Of a DNA stretch of 64,000 nucleotides, positions 33,914 through 44,720 are shown in pieces. Each line of letters opens with the position of its first letter. Position 1 is the first letter of the stretch. This DNA comes from Tortispora ganteri (taxonomy: Eukaryota). The notes under the pieces were generated by a model. That model saw only the letters and a list, made by a program, of their open reading frames with translations, did no database searches and had not been told where the DNA came from. A program made the position numbers and the translations under genes. The stretch lies in NCBI GenBank assembly GCA_003707115.1, contig PPNB01000001.1, forward strand, positions 62,001-126,000, given 5' to 3'.

Positions 33914-35108
33914 GGTTGAAAATGAGAAGCGGTAAAGCAATAAGATACAGTTGGTACTATGAAACCTCAAAGATGCAGTATAAGAGAGAAATTTGAAGGA
34001 AGGAAAATAAATGCATATGTACTCGGCTGAATGTGTGCGGTCATCGTACTATGCGCATGCTGAGCTGTATCCGGTTGCAGCCGTGCTATTGATACCACTA
34101 GCGTTGCTATATCAACTATGCCGACCATTTGTTACTAATAATAATACATATTTTGAGAACGCATGACAGGTACCGAGCGTGCAAACATTGCTTATATGGG
34201 CCCGATTAGTATGTTAAGGGGTACAGCTTTACTAATACTGCAGAGGACGAGGATAACGTGCGGTTCATGAGAATAAATATAGACATTCTACTTACTTGTG
34301 AAAGTGTGACAGACAAACAACCTTAGGGTCGAGGAAGGTCTAGACCAGAATAAAGTTTTCGAAGAGTTCCATAGCGATTGTTAGGTGGAATGTGAGGCAA
34401 AGAAATGTGAGACAAGTATCGGAAAAACAAAGCCAAATAAATATAAACATAACAAATCCAAATCGTGTAGGTATAATTCATATTACAACAGTTAGGTCTA
34501 TAGTGTCTGAGAGAGGAAGCAAATAGATAGCACAGCCCCGGTTGCTAATATCAGGAGAGTGGAGTAAATGTTCAAATAATAGGAGAGCGCCCAACCTTAA
34601 TGGCGACAGTTGCCTAGAAATTTAGAAGCGATATAAGGTTGTTATTTATTTCTTGCTCGAATTAGATAGATAATAGCCAATTAAAAGATGGAAAAACGGT
34701 AGAGTTTTGCAATAGAGTTCGCTCTAGAGGGAGGCTGCAGCCTAGATATACCGCTATTAACGAAGAGTGGTGAGAAATAAAGTTTAACCCGAGACATAAA
34801 AAGGCTAAGTTTGCATGCAAGTTTTGTTCTCGCCAATTCCTTTGCATATTTCCTTCGTTCGTCAAGAAAATAAATCAACCGGTCGATCAGATTAGTCCTG
34901 CTGAATAATATTATATTAATCAGTCGATTTCGAAAAAAAGTTCTTATTTTTCCGATATCGATACTTATTGGTTATCGTATAAATTCTCTGCTCTAATCGT
35001 TTAAAATTATATAATACGAGTACTCGCCGGTCAAGACTCTTTTCCGACTTCAAGCCTCGCCTCTATAAACAATCCATCTATCTATAATCCTTCTTTGCAT
35101 AATCTACA

Positions 35109-36329
35109 ATGAAGACTCAAGTTCTTTTTTCCACTTTACTTGCATTTTCTCGTTTCGCGTTCGCCGACGACGATGACGACATATGCAAGAATGCCACAGT
35201 GACCGCCAACTCACAGGCCGATCTCGATACGATCGCTGCTTGCGAAACTCTTACCGGTGATCTTGTTCTTGCTTCTACTTTTGTAACTGCTTCAATCAAT
35301 GGCATTCAAGCGATTGAAGGTGATCTAGATGTATCCCAGGCCGTCAACCTTACTTCCTTATCCGCCCCAAGCCTCCAAACTATTGGCGGTACCTTCCAGC
35401 TGGTCAATCTGACTGTGCTTAACTTACTTTCTTTCCCTCAACTCTCTGAGGTGGGCACAATCAACTGGATCACTCTTCCTAACTTATATTCTATTTCCTT
35501 CGCATCCGGCGTTCAGAAATGCGATAGCGTGCTCGTTGCTGACACTGCCTTGCGCTCTCTATCCGGAATTTCTTTGTCCAATGTTTCTGCTTTGAACATT
35601 AACAACAATAGACAGTTATCCGAACTTGTCGTCCAAGCTTCCTCTATCTCTGGACTTTGCGACATTTCTTTCAACGGTAAGGGTGTTGTCGCTTCTTTTC
35701 CTGAACTCATATGGGCCCGCAATCTTACTTTCCGTGATGTTGCCAACGTCTCCATTCCTTCCCTTGTCAAAGTTAACGAATCTCTGGGATTTATCTCTAA
35801 CTCTTTTGAGTCTATCTTTGCTCTTAATCTCACCGAGGTTGGCGGCTCTTTCGCTATTGTCAACAACGACGATTTGACCTCTCTTTCTTTCCCTGTTCTC
35901 AAAGAGGTCGGAGGTGGATTCCAGATTGCTAACAACTCTGCACTTGCCAACCTTTCCTCCTTCCCAGAACTTGAAACCATCGGAGGAGCAGTTGATCTGG
36001 TGGGTTCTTTCGAAGAAGCTGATTTTCCCAATCTTGATTTAGTTTCCGGCGGTGTCAAAGTTGAAACCGATCAAGATTTTGACTGTGATGGATGGACAGA
36101 GCTTAAGAACAACGGTGATGTTCAAGGTGACAGCTTTGCTTGCAGTGCCAAGTCTTCTTCTACTTCTGAAGCACTTGTACCTAGTGCTACCGGTAGTTCT
36201 TCTAGCACCTCTGCTAGCTCCAGCTCCAATTCCAAGAGCGCTGCTCCTAGATCTGTGGGCGGTGCGGGAATCCTTGAAGTGGGAATCGCTTCTGCGCTCG
36301 TCATCTTTGCTCTTCAAATGTTTTTGTAG
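35109..36329 (+). CDS. ECM33: Ecm33/Pst1-family GPI cell-wall protein
   Basis: Signal peptide, SQADLDTIAAC, INNNRQL, Ser-rich stalk, GPI signal. Confidence 0.88.
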   Translation: MKTQVLFSTLLAFSRFAFADDDDDICKNATVTANSQADLDTIAACETLTGDLVLASTFVTASINGIQAIEGDLDVSQAVNLTSLSAPSLQTIGGTFQLVNLTVLNLLSFPQLSEVGTINWITLPNLYSISFASGVQKCDSVLVADTALRSLSGISLSNVSALNINNNRQLSELVVQASSISGLCDISFNGKGVVASFPELIWARNLTFRDVANVSIPSLVKVNESLGFISNSFESIFALNLTEVGGSFAIVNNDDLTSLSFPVLKEVGGGFQIANNSALANLSSFPELETIGGAVDLVGSFEEADFPNLDLVSGGVKVETDQDFDCDGWTELKNNGDVQGDSFACSAKSSSTSEALVPSATGSSSSTSASSSSNSKSAAPRSVGGAGILEVGIASALVIFALQMFL

Positions 36330-36418
36330 TTACCTTTTCGTTTAACTAAGATTAGCTTAGTTTAGTAAGTTTATTTATACTTTTAATTGTTCTGCTACTC
36401 GTAATAAATTGCAGTTTA

Positions 36419-37237
36419 TTAGGTATACAGTTTATTTCGCGACGCATACTCGACTATAGATTGCAATGTCCGTTTCTTAGCTTCAACAATATTATTGCAT
36501 GCAATGTATTTTCGGATATCGGTGCTGGATATGGGGCGATTATCAGGTCCTAATTCCACGGGCGGCTTCAACACGATCTGGGAGGCCTGCAAAGGAGTGA
36601 TAATGCCTTGTTGCGTCCAGGCGGCCACCATTGATTCCATCTCTGCAATTGAAGAGAAGCTATTAGTATCAGTAGCACGAGCAAATGTAATTAATTGATT
36701 TTTAGAGTTCAGCAAAGGCTCGAGTGCGCAGTGAGTAGGAATATTGTAATACTTCGGATCTACAATTCTGATGAGGGTATCCCAGCCGACTATGTAGCTC
36801 TGGTTGGTGACGTTAATGCTCTGCAGGGCTATGGCTTTGTCAACAAACCTTGGAGTATTGGCAATAGCTATTGCAACTGGCGATTTATACGAATCATGAA
36901 CAAATTTAGCAAACAGAAGCAACATTTCGAGACGGTGAAGGTGCGATTCTGACGCCGCTACTTTGTCAGCGTTAGATAATGAATACATCAGCAACACATT
37001 CGACGGAGAGTCTGCTACTGCGCTAGCTATGCAATTTAGATGTGCAAAATGAGGAGGGTTATAACTTGAATCAAGAATACATATTCTTTTTGTCGTTTCG
37101 AAGTTATTGGTGGTCGCTATTATAGAGATTTTGCCATTGCACTCAAGGAATCTTCCCAAAGCTTGTTTGAGATTTGATTTATACATATCACTTAAATTTT
37201 CATCGACTTTCTCGATAGCAATAGGATCAATTTCCAT
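36419..37237 (-). CDS. POF1: Pof1-like nicotinamide-nucleotide adenylyltransferase (alternative start 37186)
   Basis: LDSSYNPPHFAH, SNADK, VGWDTLIRIVDPKYY, ISSTDIR. Confidence 0.85.
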   Translation of the reverse strand: MEIDPIAIEKVDENLSDMYKSNLKQALGRFLECNGKISIIATTNNFETTKRICILDSSYNPPHFAHLNCIASAVADSPSNVLLMYSLSNADKVAASESHLHRLEMLLLFAKFVHDSYKSPVAIAIANTPRFVDKAIALQSINVTNQSYIVGWDTLIRIVDPKYYNIPTHCALEPLLNSKNQLITFARATDTNSFSSIAEMESMVAAWTQQGIITPLQASQIVLKPPVELGPDNRPISSTDIRKYIACNNIVEAKKRTLQSIVEYASRNKLYT

Positions 37238-38356
37238 GTCAATAAAGAGAATTTGCACTCACAGGTAAGTTGGCGTAGTGCTAGAGATAAGTTGGTTAAC
37301 ATCCCACTTTCTTCATTCATTTAAAGATTAAACAACTGGTTCTTTACATAAAGTTCAACTAAAGAGTTTTTCCCTCTAGTTTTCTGCGGTACTAACTGAC
37401 GCAGTGGTGCTTTCCATGCAGACGAAAGTCTTGCAGTTTGGATGCTCAAAGTCCTGCCTGCTTACAAGGATGCGTCGGTGTCTAGATCGCGTGATCCTGA
37501 AGTATGGGATCAAGCTGATATAGTCGTTGATGTAAGTGGGCAGTATGATGGTAAAAGACTTTTTGATCATCATCAGAGAGGATTTAACGAAGTCCTAGAG
37601 CCTTTTACTACCAAATTAAGCTCAGCAGGCCTTATTTATAAGCATTTCGGACGCGAAGTAATCCAACAATTGTTGTCCAACCATGGTGGAAAGCAATTGT
37701 CTACCTCTGATATGAACGTCCTTTATAATCGTATTTACGAACATTTTATCCAGGCCCTCGACGCTAATGACAATGGTATAAATGTATACCCGGAAGAAGT
37801 TAAACCTCTTATCCCTACGTCCGCCATCACCTTACCAGGAATTGTGAGCTCTCTGAACCCCGCGTGGAATGAAGATCAGAGTGATGCTGCTCAGAATGCA
37901 ATGTTTTCTCAAGCTTCTGAGTTAATGGGAAAGGCATTTGAATCGCGTGCAGTGTACTATGGACTTGCCTGGCTTCCAGCTAGATCGCTGGTCAAGGAGG
38001 CCTTGCAAGCAGCTGCAGCGTCGTCCGCTCCAGCTATCTTGCAACTTTCTAAGGCGATGCCCTGGAAAGAACACTTGTTCGATCTCGAACAGGAATTAGC
38101 TCCTGAAATTAAACCATTATATGTTGTTTATCCTGATAGTGGTGGTTCTTGGAGAGTACAAGCGGTCCCTGCCGGCCCTGACACCTTTGAGAGTCGTAAG
38201 GCGCTTCCAGAGCCCTGGCGAGGAGTACGCGACGACGATTTGTCTAGGCTTACCGGTGTCCAAGGTTGCATCTTTGTTCATGCTAGTGGATTTATTGGTG
38301 GTGCTAAGACTAATGAAGGCGCGCTAAAATTGGCTACAATGGCTGTCGACATGTAA
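37236..38356 (+). CDS. MYG1: MYG1 exonuclease family; exons 37236-37264 and 37405-38356
   Basis: Intron 37265-37404 (GTAAGT..TACTAAC..CAG) gives MSIKRICTHSGAFHADESLAVWML; FDHHQ, LSSAGLIYKHFG, FVHASGFIGG. Confidence 0.93.
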
Positions 38357-38478
38357 TACACGAGCTTTGATGTCTAAAGTACCTTTTTCACTGGTGTTGT
38401 CGCGTCAATGACACAGACTCGCTTTTCTCTACCGCTCATAATAAAATTTTATTTTGCTATCTTTAGGTCAGTTATGAT

Positions 38479-38859
38479 TTACTTCTTAACAAATAAATTG
38501 TCAAGCTCCAAACGTTCCGCAGCTTCCTTCTCGGTTTGGAGTATGTTCTTTCTCAAATACGGAATATCGGTAGCATCAGTTGTACGTTCATTAGGTGGCA
38601 GGATGTGCTGAGTGATACCACACTGATGAGCGCGAATTTGCCGAAACTGTCTTTTTGAAGCTTCATCACTAGGCAAACGGTGAATTGCTCTTTGCATTTC
38701 TGGAGTTTCCTCGATTATGATATCGTGGAATCGAAGACCCATATTGCGGTATCCGCTCAAACGCACATAGACTCTAGCTAACGGCTTAAAAATAGCGGAC
38801 AATGCGGGCGAATTGCGAATGAAATTCGCAATTTTTACGGTTTGCGTATAGGTCATCAT
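38479..38859 (-). CDS. QCR7: Cytochrome bc1 complex subunit 7
   Basis: SGYRNMGLRFHDIIIEE, RAHQ, D.PYL motifs. Confidence 0.9.
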   Translation of the reverse strand: MMTYTQTVKIANFIRNSPALSAIFKPLARVYVRLSGYRNMGLRFHDIIIEETPEMQRAIHRLPSDEASKRQFRQIRAHQCGITQHILPPNERTTDATDIPYLRKNILQTEKEAAERLELDNLFVKK

Positions 38860-39203
38860 CTTGCCTGGACTTTGTGTATTATTGTATGACAAGAAAGAGT
38901 GTGGCTTTTTCTGGTTGTCGAAATAGAGTGACCCACTTTTGGGAATATGTAATTGGCTGAACAGTATCCATAGCGACCGAGAATTAGATTGAGAACTGGT
39001 CCCAAAATTTTCAAATAGGATAAAACTTAAACACAGTTGCTAAGACAACTGTATTTACTCACTTCCTTTTCAGGCTAAATTGCTTATATTATCTATACAT
39101 CATCACGCATTTCTTTCCTTCACATTAATTGCCCTTATTACGCACTCTTGAACATTTTTGCTGGTCTTTGATGCGAATAAGATTTTTGCGGAAATCTGCA
39201 AGT

Positions 39204-40016
39204 ATGTTGAGAACTGTCAGAAGCAATCCAACTTTACGTCGAGCTGTGCATTCATCTGCAATTGCCCCAAAGCCCTCTGTGCTACAGCAGAGATCTCTTG
39301 GCCAATATGAATCTCTCTCTGTCGCAGGCTTGAGATCTGCCTGTAAGACCCGCGGCCTTAAGGTAGGTGGCAAGAAAGCCGATTTAATAAATCGACTATC
39401 TGCTGCTGATGTCACTTCAAGTGCTGGGTTTCATGGTTCCTCCATCGCTAGCCAGTTGAAGCGGCCGGATTTGTCGGCTTCAGCTCAAGATGTGTCTGAC
39501 AAATTGGTAAAGAATGCCCGATCAATGAAAACAAAGTCAAAATCAGGCAAGTTAAAGAAGCAGAAGTCCAGCCCTGTGATAGGATTTACCAAGAAGCAGC
39601 CAATATCCAGTAGCGCACGTCTAGAGGCTAAAAATGATTCGTCCACGATTGATTATTTCTCTATGCCTCAACCCAAACCATCTATCACCAAGGATCTTCC
39701 TGACAGGATTATTCCTATTGAAATTGATGCTTCTGCGGCCAGTCATGCATCTGTTGATAATACGAGCACTAAAACAGCTGTTCGTGAGGTTCATCATGTA
39801 GCCGGCGAAACCGGGAAAATAACTGCATCACCTGCGCGTACCACTACTCCTATGGTTGAATCAGAATCATCATCAGGAACCGCCAAATCTTCTGCTGGTT
39901 CTGAGGAAGAGTTTGGATCAAGAGACCGAACTATATTAGGAGTGATAGCTGGTGTCGCTGCAGGCTGGTGGCTACTTCCTGATCTGTTTTCTACGAAGAA
40001 GAAGTCTAAGAAGTGA
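39204..40016 (+). CDS. Mitochondrial SAP-domain protein (Aim34-like)
   Basis: Presequence, SAP motif LRSACKTRGLKVGGKKADLINRL, C-terminal TM with WW. Confidence 0.7.
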   Translation: MLRTVRSNPTLRRAVHSSAIAPKPSVLQQRSLGQYESLSVAGLRSACKTRGLKVGGKKADLINRLSAADVTSSAGFHGSSIASQLKRPDLSASAQDVSDKLVKNARSMKTKSKSGKLKKQKSSPVIGFTKKQPISSSARLEAKNDSSTIDYFSMPQPKPSITKDLPDRIIPIEIDASAASHASVDNTSTKTAVREVHHVAGETGKITASPARTTTPMVESESSSGTAKSSAGSEEEFGSRDRTILGVIAGVAAGWWLLPDLFSTKKKSKK

Positions 40017-40374
40017 ACGCAAAACAGCAGATCGATTTGGTAATCAATTTTTGATTAAGTATTATCTTTTTTTTGAACCGGTTTTTGGGTTGTTTTGGAA
40101 CTGTTTATAAGGACAACAATGGAGGAAAAGAAAAGAGTGACAAACCCGAGAGCAGGCCGAGATCATGCGGCATAATTTCATATTTTTCATGTTATTTCAC
40201 CCAATTTCTATTTATTAGTTTTTATAATCTATATTTATATATGCAGATATATAGTGCAGTATAGTTCAGCTAAATTAACAAACAGTACATTAATTCATTC
40301 TAATCAATAATGCACCAACCCGAGAATTGCATATTGCAGCATCATGATTATGTAGAAGAAGTGAAACCATTAAG

Positions 40375-40830
40375 CTATGATCGACGTTTTCCCTGTGCGA
40401 TATTTAGAGCGTCTTCTTCAAAGCCGGGAATTAATGCGTAGATGATGCCTGCCTTTTCAAGACGTTCCTTACCTATATTCTTCTTTATGAAAGTGTCAGG
40501 CTCCATCACTCCTACGTAGACCGCAGAGAAGTTACCATTTTCAAGGATTCTATCAGTGCAGGGTTTGTTTCCGCTTAGTCTTTCTGAGCAAGGTTCCATT
40601 GTAGTGTAAATGACCGATCCATTGGGTATTGTGTTATTGTGATCATATACTTTTCTCAAAGCACATTCTTCTGCGTGCGTGTTACCGGGAAGTTCTCTTG
40701 AATAACCAGTAGAAATTAATTCATCATTATTTACAATCGCTGCACCTACACAAAATGCTGTGGGTATATATTTTGACTTTTTGGCTTCTTCAATAGCTAT
40801 TTTCATCCATTTTTCGTGGTTCATAGTCAT
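40375..40830 (-). CDS. Stand-alone Rib2-type pyrimidine deaminase
   Basis: TGYSRELPGNTHAEECAL, TTMEPCSERLSGNKPC. Confidence 0.85.
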   Translation of the reverse strand: MTMNHEKWMKIAIEEAKKSKYIPTAFCVGAAIVNNDELISTGYSRELPGNTHAEECALRKVYDHNNTIPNGSVIYTTMEPCSERLSGNKPCTDRILENGNFSAVYVGVMEPDTFIKKNIGKERLEKAGIIYALIPGFEEDALNIAQGKRRS

Positions 40831-41021
40831 GTTCAGCTTCTGAGTTCCAGCGGTAAAGACAATGATACCCCAGATAAATGCTGAAAGGGTCCATCAAACC
40901 GACCACTTTATTCCTAGCCACTGTATACATAATGAATTAACAGTAAATAACACACACATATATGTATATATAGATATAGATTAAATAAACTAAAAAAAGA
41001 AAAAGAAAAACGTAATATGTA

Positions 41022-42317
41022 TTAATGAGCAGCCTTAGGGGCGGACTGGAGATCAGCCACAGCGGATCTGATAATGTCAAGACCTCTGTTCATCTCATTT
41101 TCAGTAATGACTAGCGGCGGAGCCAAGCGAATTATATTTTCATGAGTTGGCTTGGCAAGAAGTCCGCGATCCTTCAGAAGCATGCAGAGATCCCATGCTG
41201 ATCGACCGTTAGCGTTTTTAGATTCAATCACGATTGCATTCAGCAAACCCTTGCCACGGACAGTAGTGATTATTCCATTTGAAGCAGGATCAGCTGCAAT
41301 TTTTTCTAGTTCAGCGCGAAACTTGTTACCCAGAACATGCGCACGTTCAACAAGGTTTTCGTCTCTGATAACTTCGAGGGCAGCAATGGCGCATGCACTT
41401 CCGAGTGGATTCCCGCCAAAAGTAGATCCATGAGTACCAGGTTCAAAGACGAGCATAATATCGCGTGAAGACAAGACGGCAGAAACAGGGAAGAGACCAC
41501 CAGAAAGAGCTTTGCCGAGAATTACTACATCAGGTTTGACGCCGAAATGTTCAGAGCATAACAGCTTACCGGTACGAGCAATACCGGTCTGTACCTCATC
41601 ACAGATCAGAAGGGCATTATATTTTCTGCAAATAGCCTGTACTTTTTGGAGATAGTCATCATCAGGAACCATGATACCAGCCTCACCTTGAATAGGTTCA
41701 ACTAAGAAGGCAGCAATCTTGTCACCGGCACGCTCAAAAGCTTCTTCAACATCGGCTATGTTATTGAAACGGATAATTTTGTCAGTGCCAGGTATTTTCG
41801 GACCCAAATTAGGAACAAAGGGCCCATAGTTGTCTCGAGCTTCGGGATCGGTAGACATAGAGATGATCGAAATAGTACGGCCATGAAAATTGTTTTCGAC
41901 AGCTAAGACAATAGCCTCGTCCTGGGGAATACCTTTGACCTTATACCCCCACTTGCGAGCGAGTTTTAAAGCAGTTTCTACTGCTTCAGCACCGGTGTTC
42001 ATAGGAAGCACCATATCATAGTTAAAGTACTCGGTTATAAATTTAGCAAATTTCGCGAAAACGTCATTAGAGAAAGCTCTTGAGGAAAGGGTGAGATTCT
42101 GGGCCTGATCGACAAGTGCTTTGACAATCTTAGGATGACAATGTCCTTGGTTTACAGCAGAGTACGCAGACAAGAAGTCCAGGTAATGCTTACCTTCAGG
42201 ATCCCACACATTAGCACCCTGGGCCTTGGAGAATACTACAGGGATGGGGTGATAATTGTGTGCTCCGTACTTCTCCTCGTAATCGATTGCTTCCTTCGAA
42301 GAAATATTCACAGACAT
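41022..42317 (-). CDS. CAR2: Ornithine aminotransferase
   Basis: [37 protein letters not shown]. Confidence 0.96.
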   Translation of the reverse strand: MSVNISSKEAIDYEEKYGAHNYHPIPVVFSKAQGANVWDPEGKHYLDFLSAYSAVNQGHCHPKIVKALVDQAQNLTLSSRAFSNDVFAKFAKFITEYFNYDMVLPMNTGAEAVETALKLARKWGYKVKGIPQDEAIVLAVENNFHGRTISIISMSTDPEARDNYGPFVPNLGPKIPGTDKIIRFNNIADVEEAFERAGDKIAAFLVEPIQGEAGIMVPDDDYLQKVQAICRKYNALLICDEVQTGIARTGKLLCSEHFGVKPDVVILGKALSGGLFPVSAVLSSRDIMLVFEPGTHGSTFGGNPLGSACAIAALEVIRDENLVERAHVLGNKFRAELEKIAADPASNGIITTVRGKGLLNAIVIESKNANGRSAWDLCMLLKDRGLLAKPTHENIIRLAPPLVITENEMNRGLDIIRSAVADLQSAPKAAH

Positions 42318-42751
42318 TGTTTCGATGAGATTATAGAGTTATAGACGATAACAAAGAGGTAAAACAGATGCGCCACTAAAGAAAAAGAGCAAAAAAAAGA
42401 CTCGATTTTGGTACAAGGTAAGATAGGTTTCTGCGTCACTTTATATTTTTCAGGTGCTAAAAGTAGACTTCGAATGCCAACTGTGTACTTTAGTTTTTTT
42501 CACTCATTAGGGCGGACTTTGGGGTACTATAAGTAGAACCCTTACGGTACTTCAGCCGCAGGGCCTTCAAAAGTCTAAACTGGCAGTACTACATCGGCCA
42601 GGGGCAATAAACTATTGGCTCGAGTTTCATTTTACGAAATAATTAAGCTTTATTTCAATAATTACCCCGGATTTGCAGGTTACGAGGTATGTACTCATAG
42701 TTAAATTTTAAGTGATGAAACATTATTATGATTGTGAATAAGTATAACTGA

Positions 42752-44422
42752 TCAAAGAAGAAACTCTTTTAAGATGTCCACTGAGCCTATAGCAGACAAC
42801 AGGTCTATGTGTCTTATATTGCTTGAAACAGTAGAGTGGCTAGTTCCATGTCTGCTTTGGATGCGATTGACAATCCCTGCGGATTCCAGTGCGTTGATCA
42901 TGTCATAGACTTCTTGCAGTTTCAGACAATTAAGTACTTTAGAAAGCTCGCAGACTTCTTTATATTTGTCTGCAACCATCTGTATTGTCACTGATTTTTT
43001 GTACCGTTCAAGATGCACAAGCGAACACAGGATAGCTTTCTGCTGAATGCTCATCGCACTAACCCTGGCTACAGTAGTCATTCCAAGCGATCGTGCGAAC
43101 AGTTTGGAAACATGAGCAATTCCAGCACGTGGAGCCGTTTGTACGGATAATGATGATATCATGTTGGGCTGCTGACTTGATCCTGATTCTCTGAGCTTTT
43201 GTCTTGTTTCTTCTTCTACCATATCGAGAGCCTGGCAGCATATATCAAATGCTTTTCTGAGATCACCAGTTGTAGCAGCCGTCTTGCGCGCAACTAGTTT
43301 TATCGCTGAATTTTCCATTAGAGGAGGTGAAACATTGTTTGCTTGGTTTTCTGGTTTAGCACCTACTAAACTCCAGAATCTGCTAGCTATAATGTTATAG
43401 ATCTGTTCCTCGTTGTAAGGAAGAAATGTGATTGTTTCCGGTTTGAGGCCTTGTGCTACTGTAATACTGCTCAGCCTTTCAGTGAAGTTGAGTGCGTTGG
43501 ATATGCCCACAAGTACCAGGTTTGAGTTTGGATATTTTGCCAGTCGTAGCAGATTTATGTAGACGGAGTTCAGTCTGGAGTAAAGGTCGTCTATCTCGTC
43601 AATTACCAGAACCATTGGATCCGACCTTCCTGAAATAATGCAAGACTCTAGCTGACGCTCATCCACAACAGTATTATCATTATTATCATCAGACAAGGAA
43701 CCGCATATTTTCTCAAGTATAGACAGGTAAGTTTGTTCTCGGGTTCGTTTGTCGAACGACATAGACATTGCGTTTATCACCTCCATGGAGTATCCTAAGC
43801 CCTGTACGCGGGGTCGTAACTCGTTTATAAGAGCAGTTTTCCCTGTACCCGGAGGTCCAGCAATGTACAGGGTTTTTTTGTTGTCTGGGCTGTTTCCTTT
43901 GACGAATTCGATAATACTATCTGCTTCTGCTTCTCTGCCAACTATCACGCCAGTAGTAGGGAAAGAAGCCTGAAATAGTTTAGCGCGCGCACTTTTGTGA
44001 GAACTTCCACGAGCAAATAACCATTTAGCAGAATTGTATATATTTGGAGTAGTTGGAGGAGTAAGTAACAGGGAATCACTACTATCGTCAATACTATGCA
44101 ACTGATCGATACTCAGCAATCGAGGTTTCTTGGATGGTGATTTAGACGGTTTTCTCGGACAGACTAGTGGTTCGCTTGTTTTTGGTTCTTCATAGCTTGG
44201 TAATTGGGGATTTTCTTTTTCTTGAGATGAGCTACGCGTGTTTTTAGATTTTTTCGGAGAAGAAGAAACGTCGCGTTTTGGTTTTTTGCTCACTTTGGTA
44301 CAACGCGTAGGGGTGCACGGCGTCTTTCGTTTTCGAGATCTTGGAACCAAATCTGTACTTTCATTCTCTTTAAGTCTAGAAGCATTTCGCTTGCCCAGAA
44401 TACCTCTGCAAGCAATATCCAT
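42752..44422 (-). CDS. CDC6: Replication initiator AAA+ ATPase Cdc6/Cdc18
   Basis: GPPGTGKT, VIDEID, GISNAL, TGDLRKAFDIC, N-terminal SP/TP sites; first ATG at 44422. Confidence 0.9.
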   Translation of the reverse strand: MDIACRGILGKRNASRLKENESTDLVPRSRKRKTPCTPTRCTKVSKKPKRDVSSSPKKSKNTRSSSQEKENPQLPSYEEPKTSEPLVCPRKPSKSPSKKPRLLSIDQLHSIDDSSDSLLLTPPTTPNIYNSAKWLFARGSSHKSARAKLFQASFPTTGVIVGREAEADSIIEFVKGNSPDNKKTLYIAGPPGTGKTALINELRPRVQGLGYSMEVINAMSMSFDKRTREQTYLSILEKICGSLSDDNNDNTVVDERQLESCIISGRSDPMVLVIDEIDDLYSRLNSVYINLLRLAKYPNSNLVLVGISNALNFTERLSSITVAQGLKPETITFLPYNEEQIYNIIASRFWSLVGAKPENQANNVSPPLMENSAIKLVARKTAATTGDLRKAFDICCQALDMVEEETRQKLRESGSSQQPNMISSLSVQTAPRAGIAHVSKLFARSLGMTTVARVSAMSIQQKAILCSLVHLERYKKSVTIQMVADKYKEVCELSKVLNCLKLQEVYDMINALESAGIVNRIQSRHGTSHSTVSSNIRHIDLLSAIGSVDILKEFLL

Positions 44423-44490
44423 ATCCCTTGTATTCAATATAATGCAAGTAATTACAGAGTGTATGTAACGATTAAATTAGTTTTCTTGGG

Positions 44491-44520
44491 AGACGCGTTA
44501 GTCAAGCGTGCCATGCGCGT
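44491..44520. promoter_or_regulatory. MCB elements upstream of CDC6
   Basis: ACGCGT 44493-44498 and GCGCGT near 44515. Confidence 0.55.
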
Positions 44521-44720
44521 TGCTGCATTAACCTTATTCCGAGTGTTGAGAAGGCAAGAAAAGAACGTATCTAGTGTTTAAACTGGCGTAAACGCAGCCA
44601 AAATTGAAGTGTGATAGCAGAAAATAATATTTTATATTATTGATAAATACCAGTGTTAATATGTACTTTGAAATGGTGAATTACAAGCTCAAACAGCTGT
44701 CTGAGACAGCAAGTAGATAA

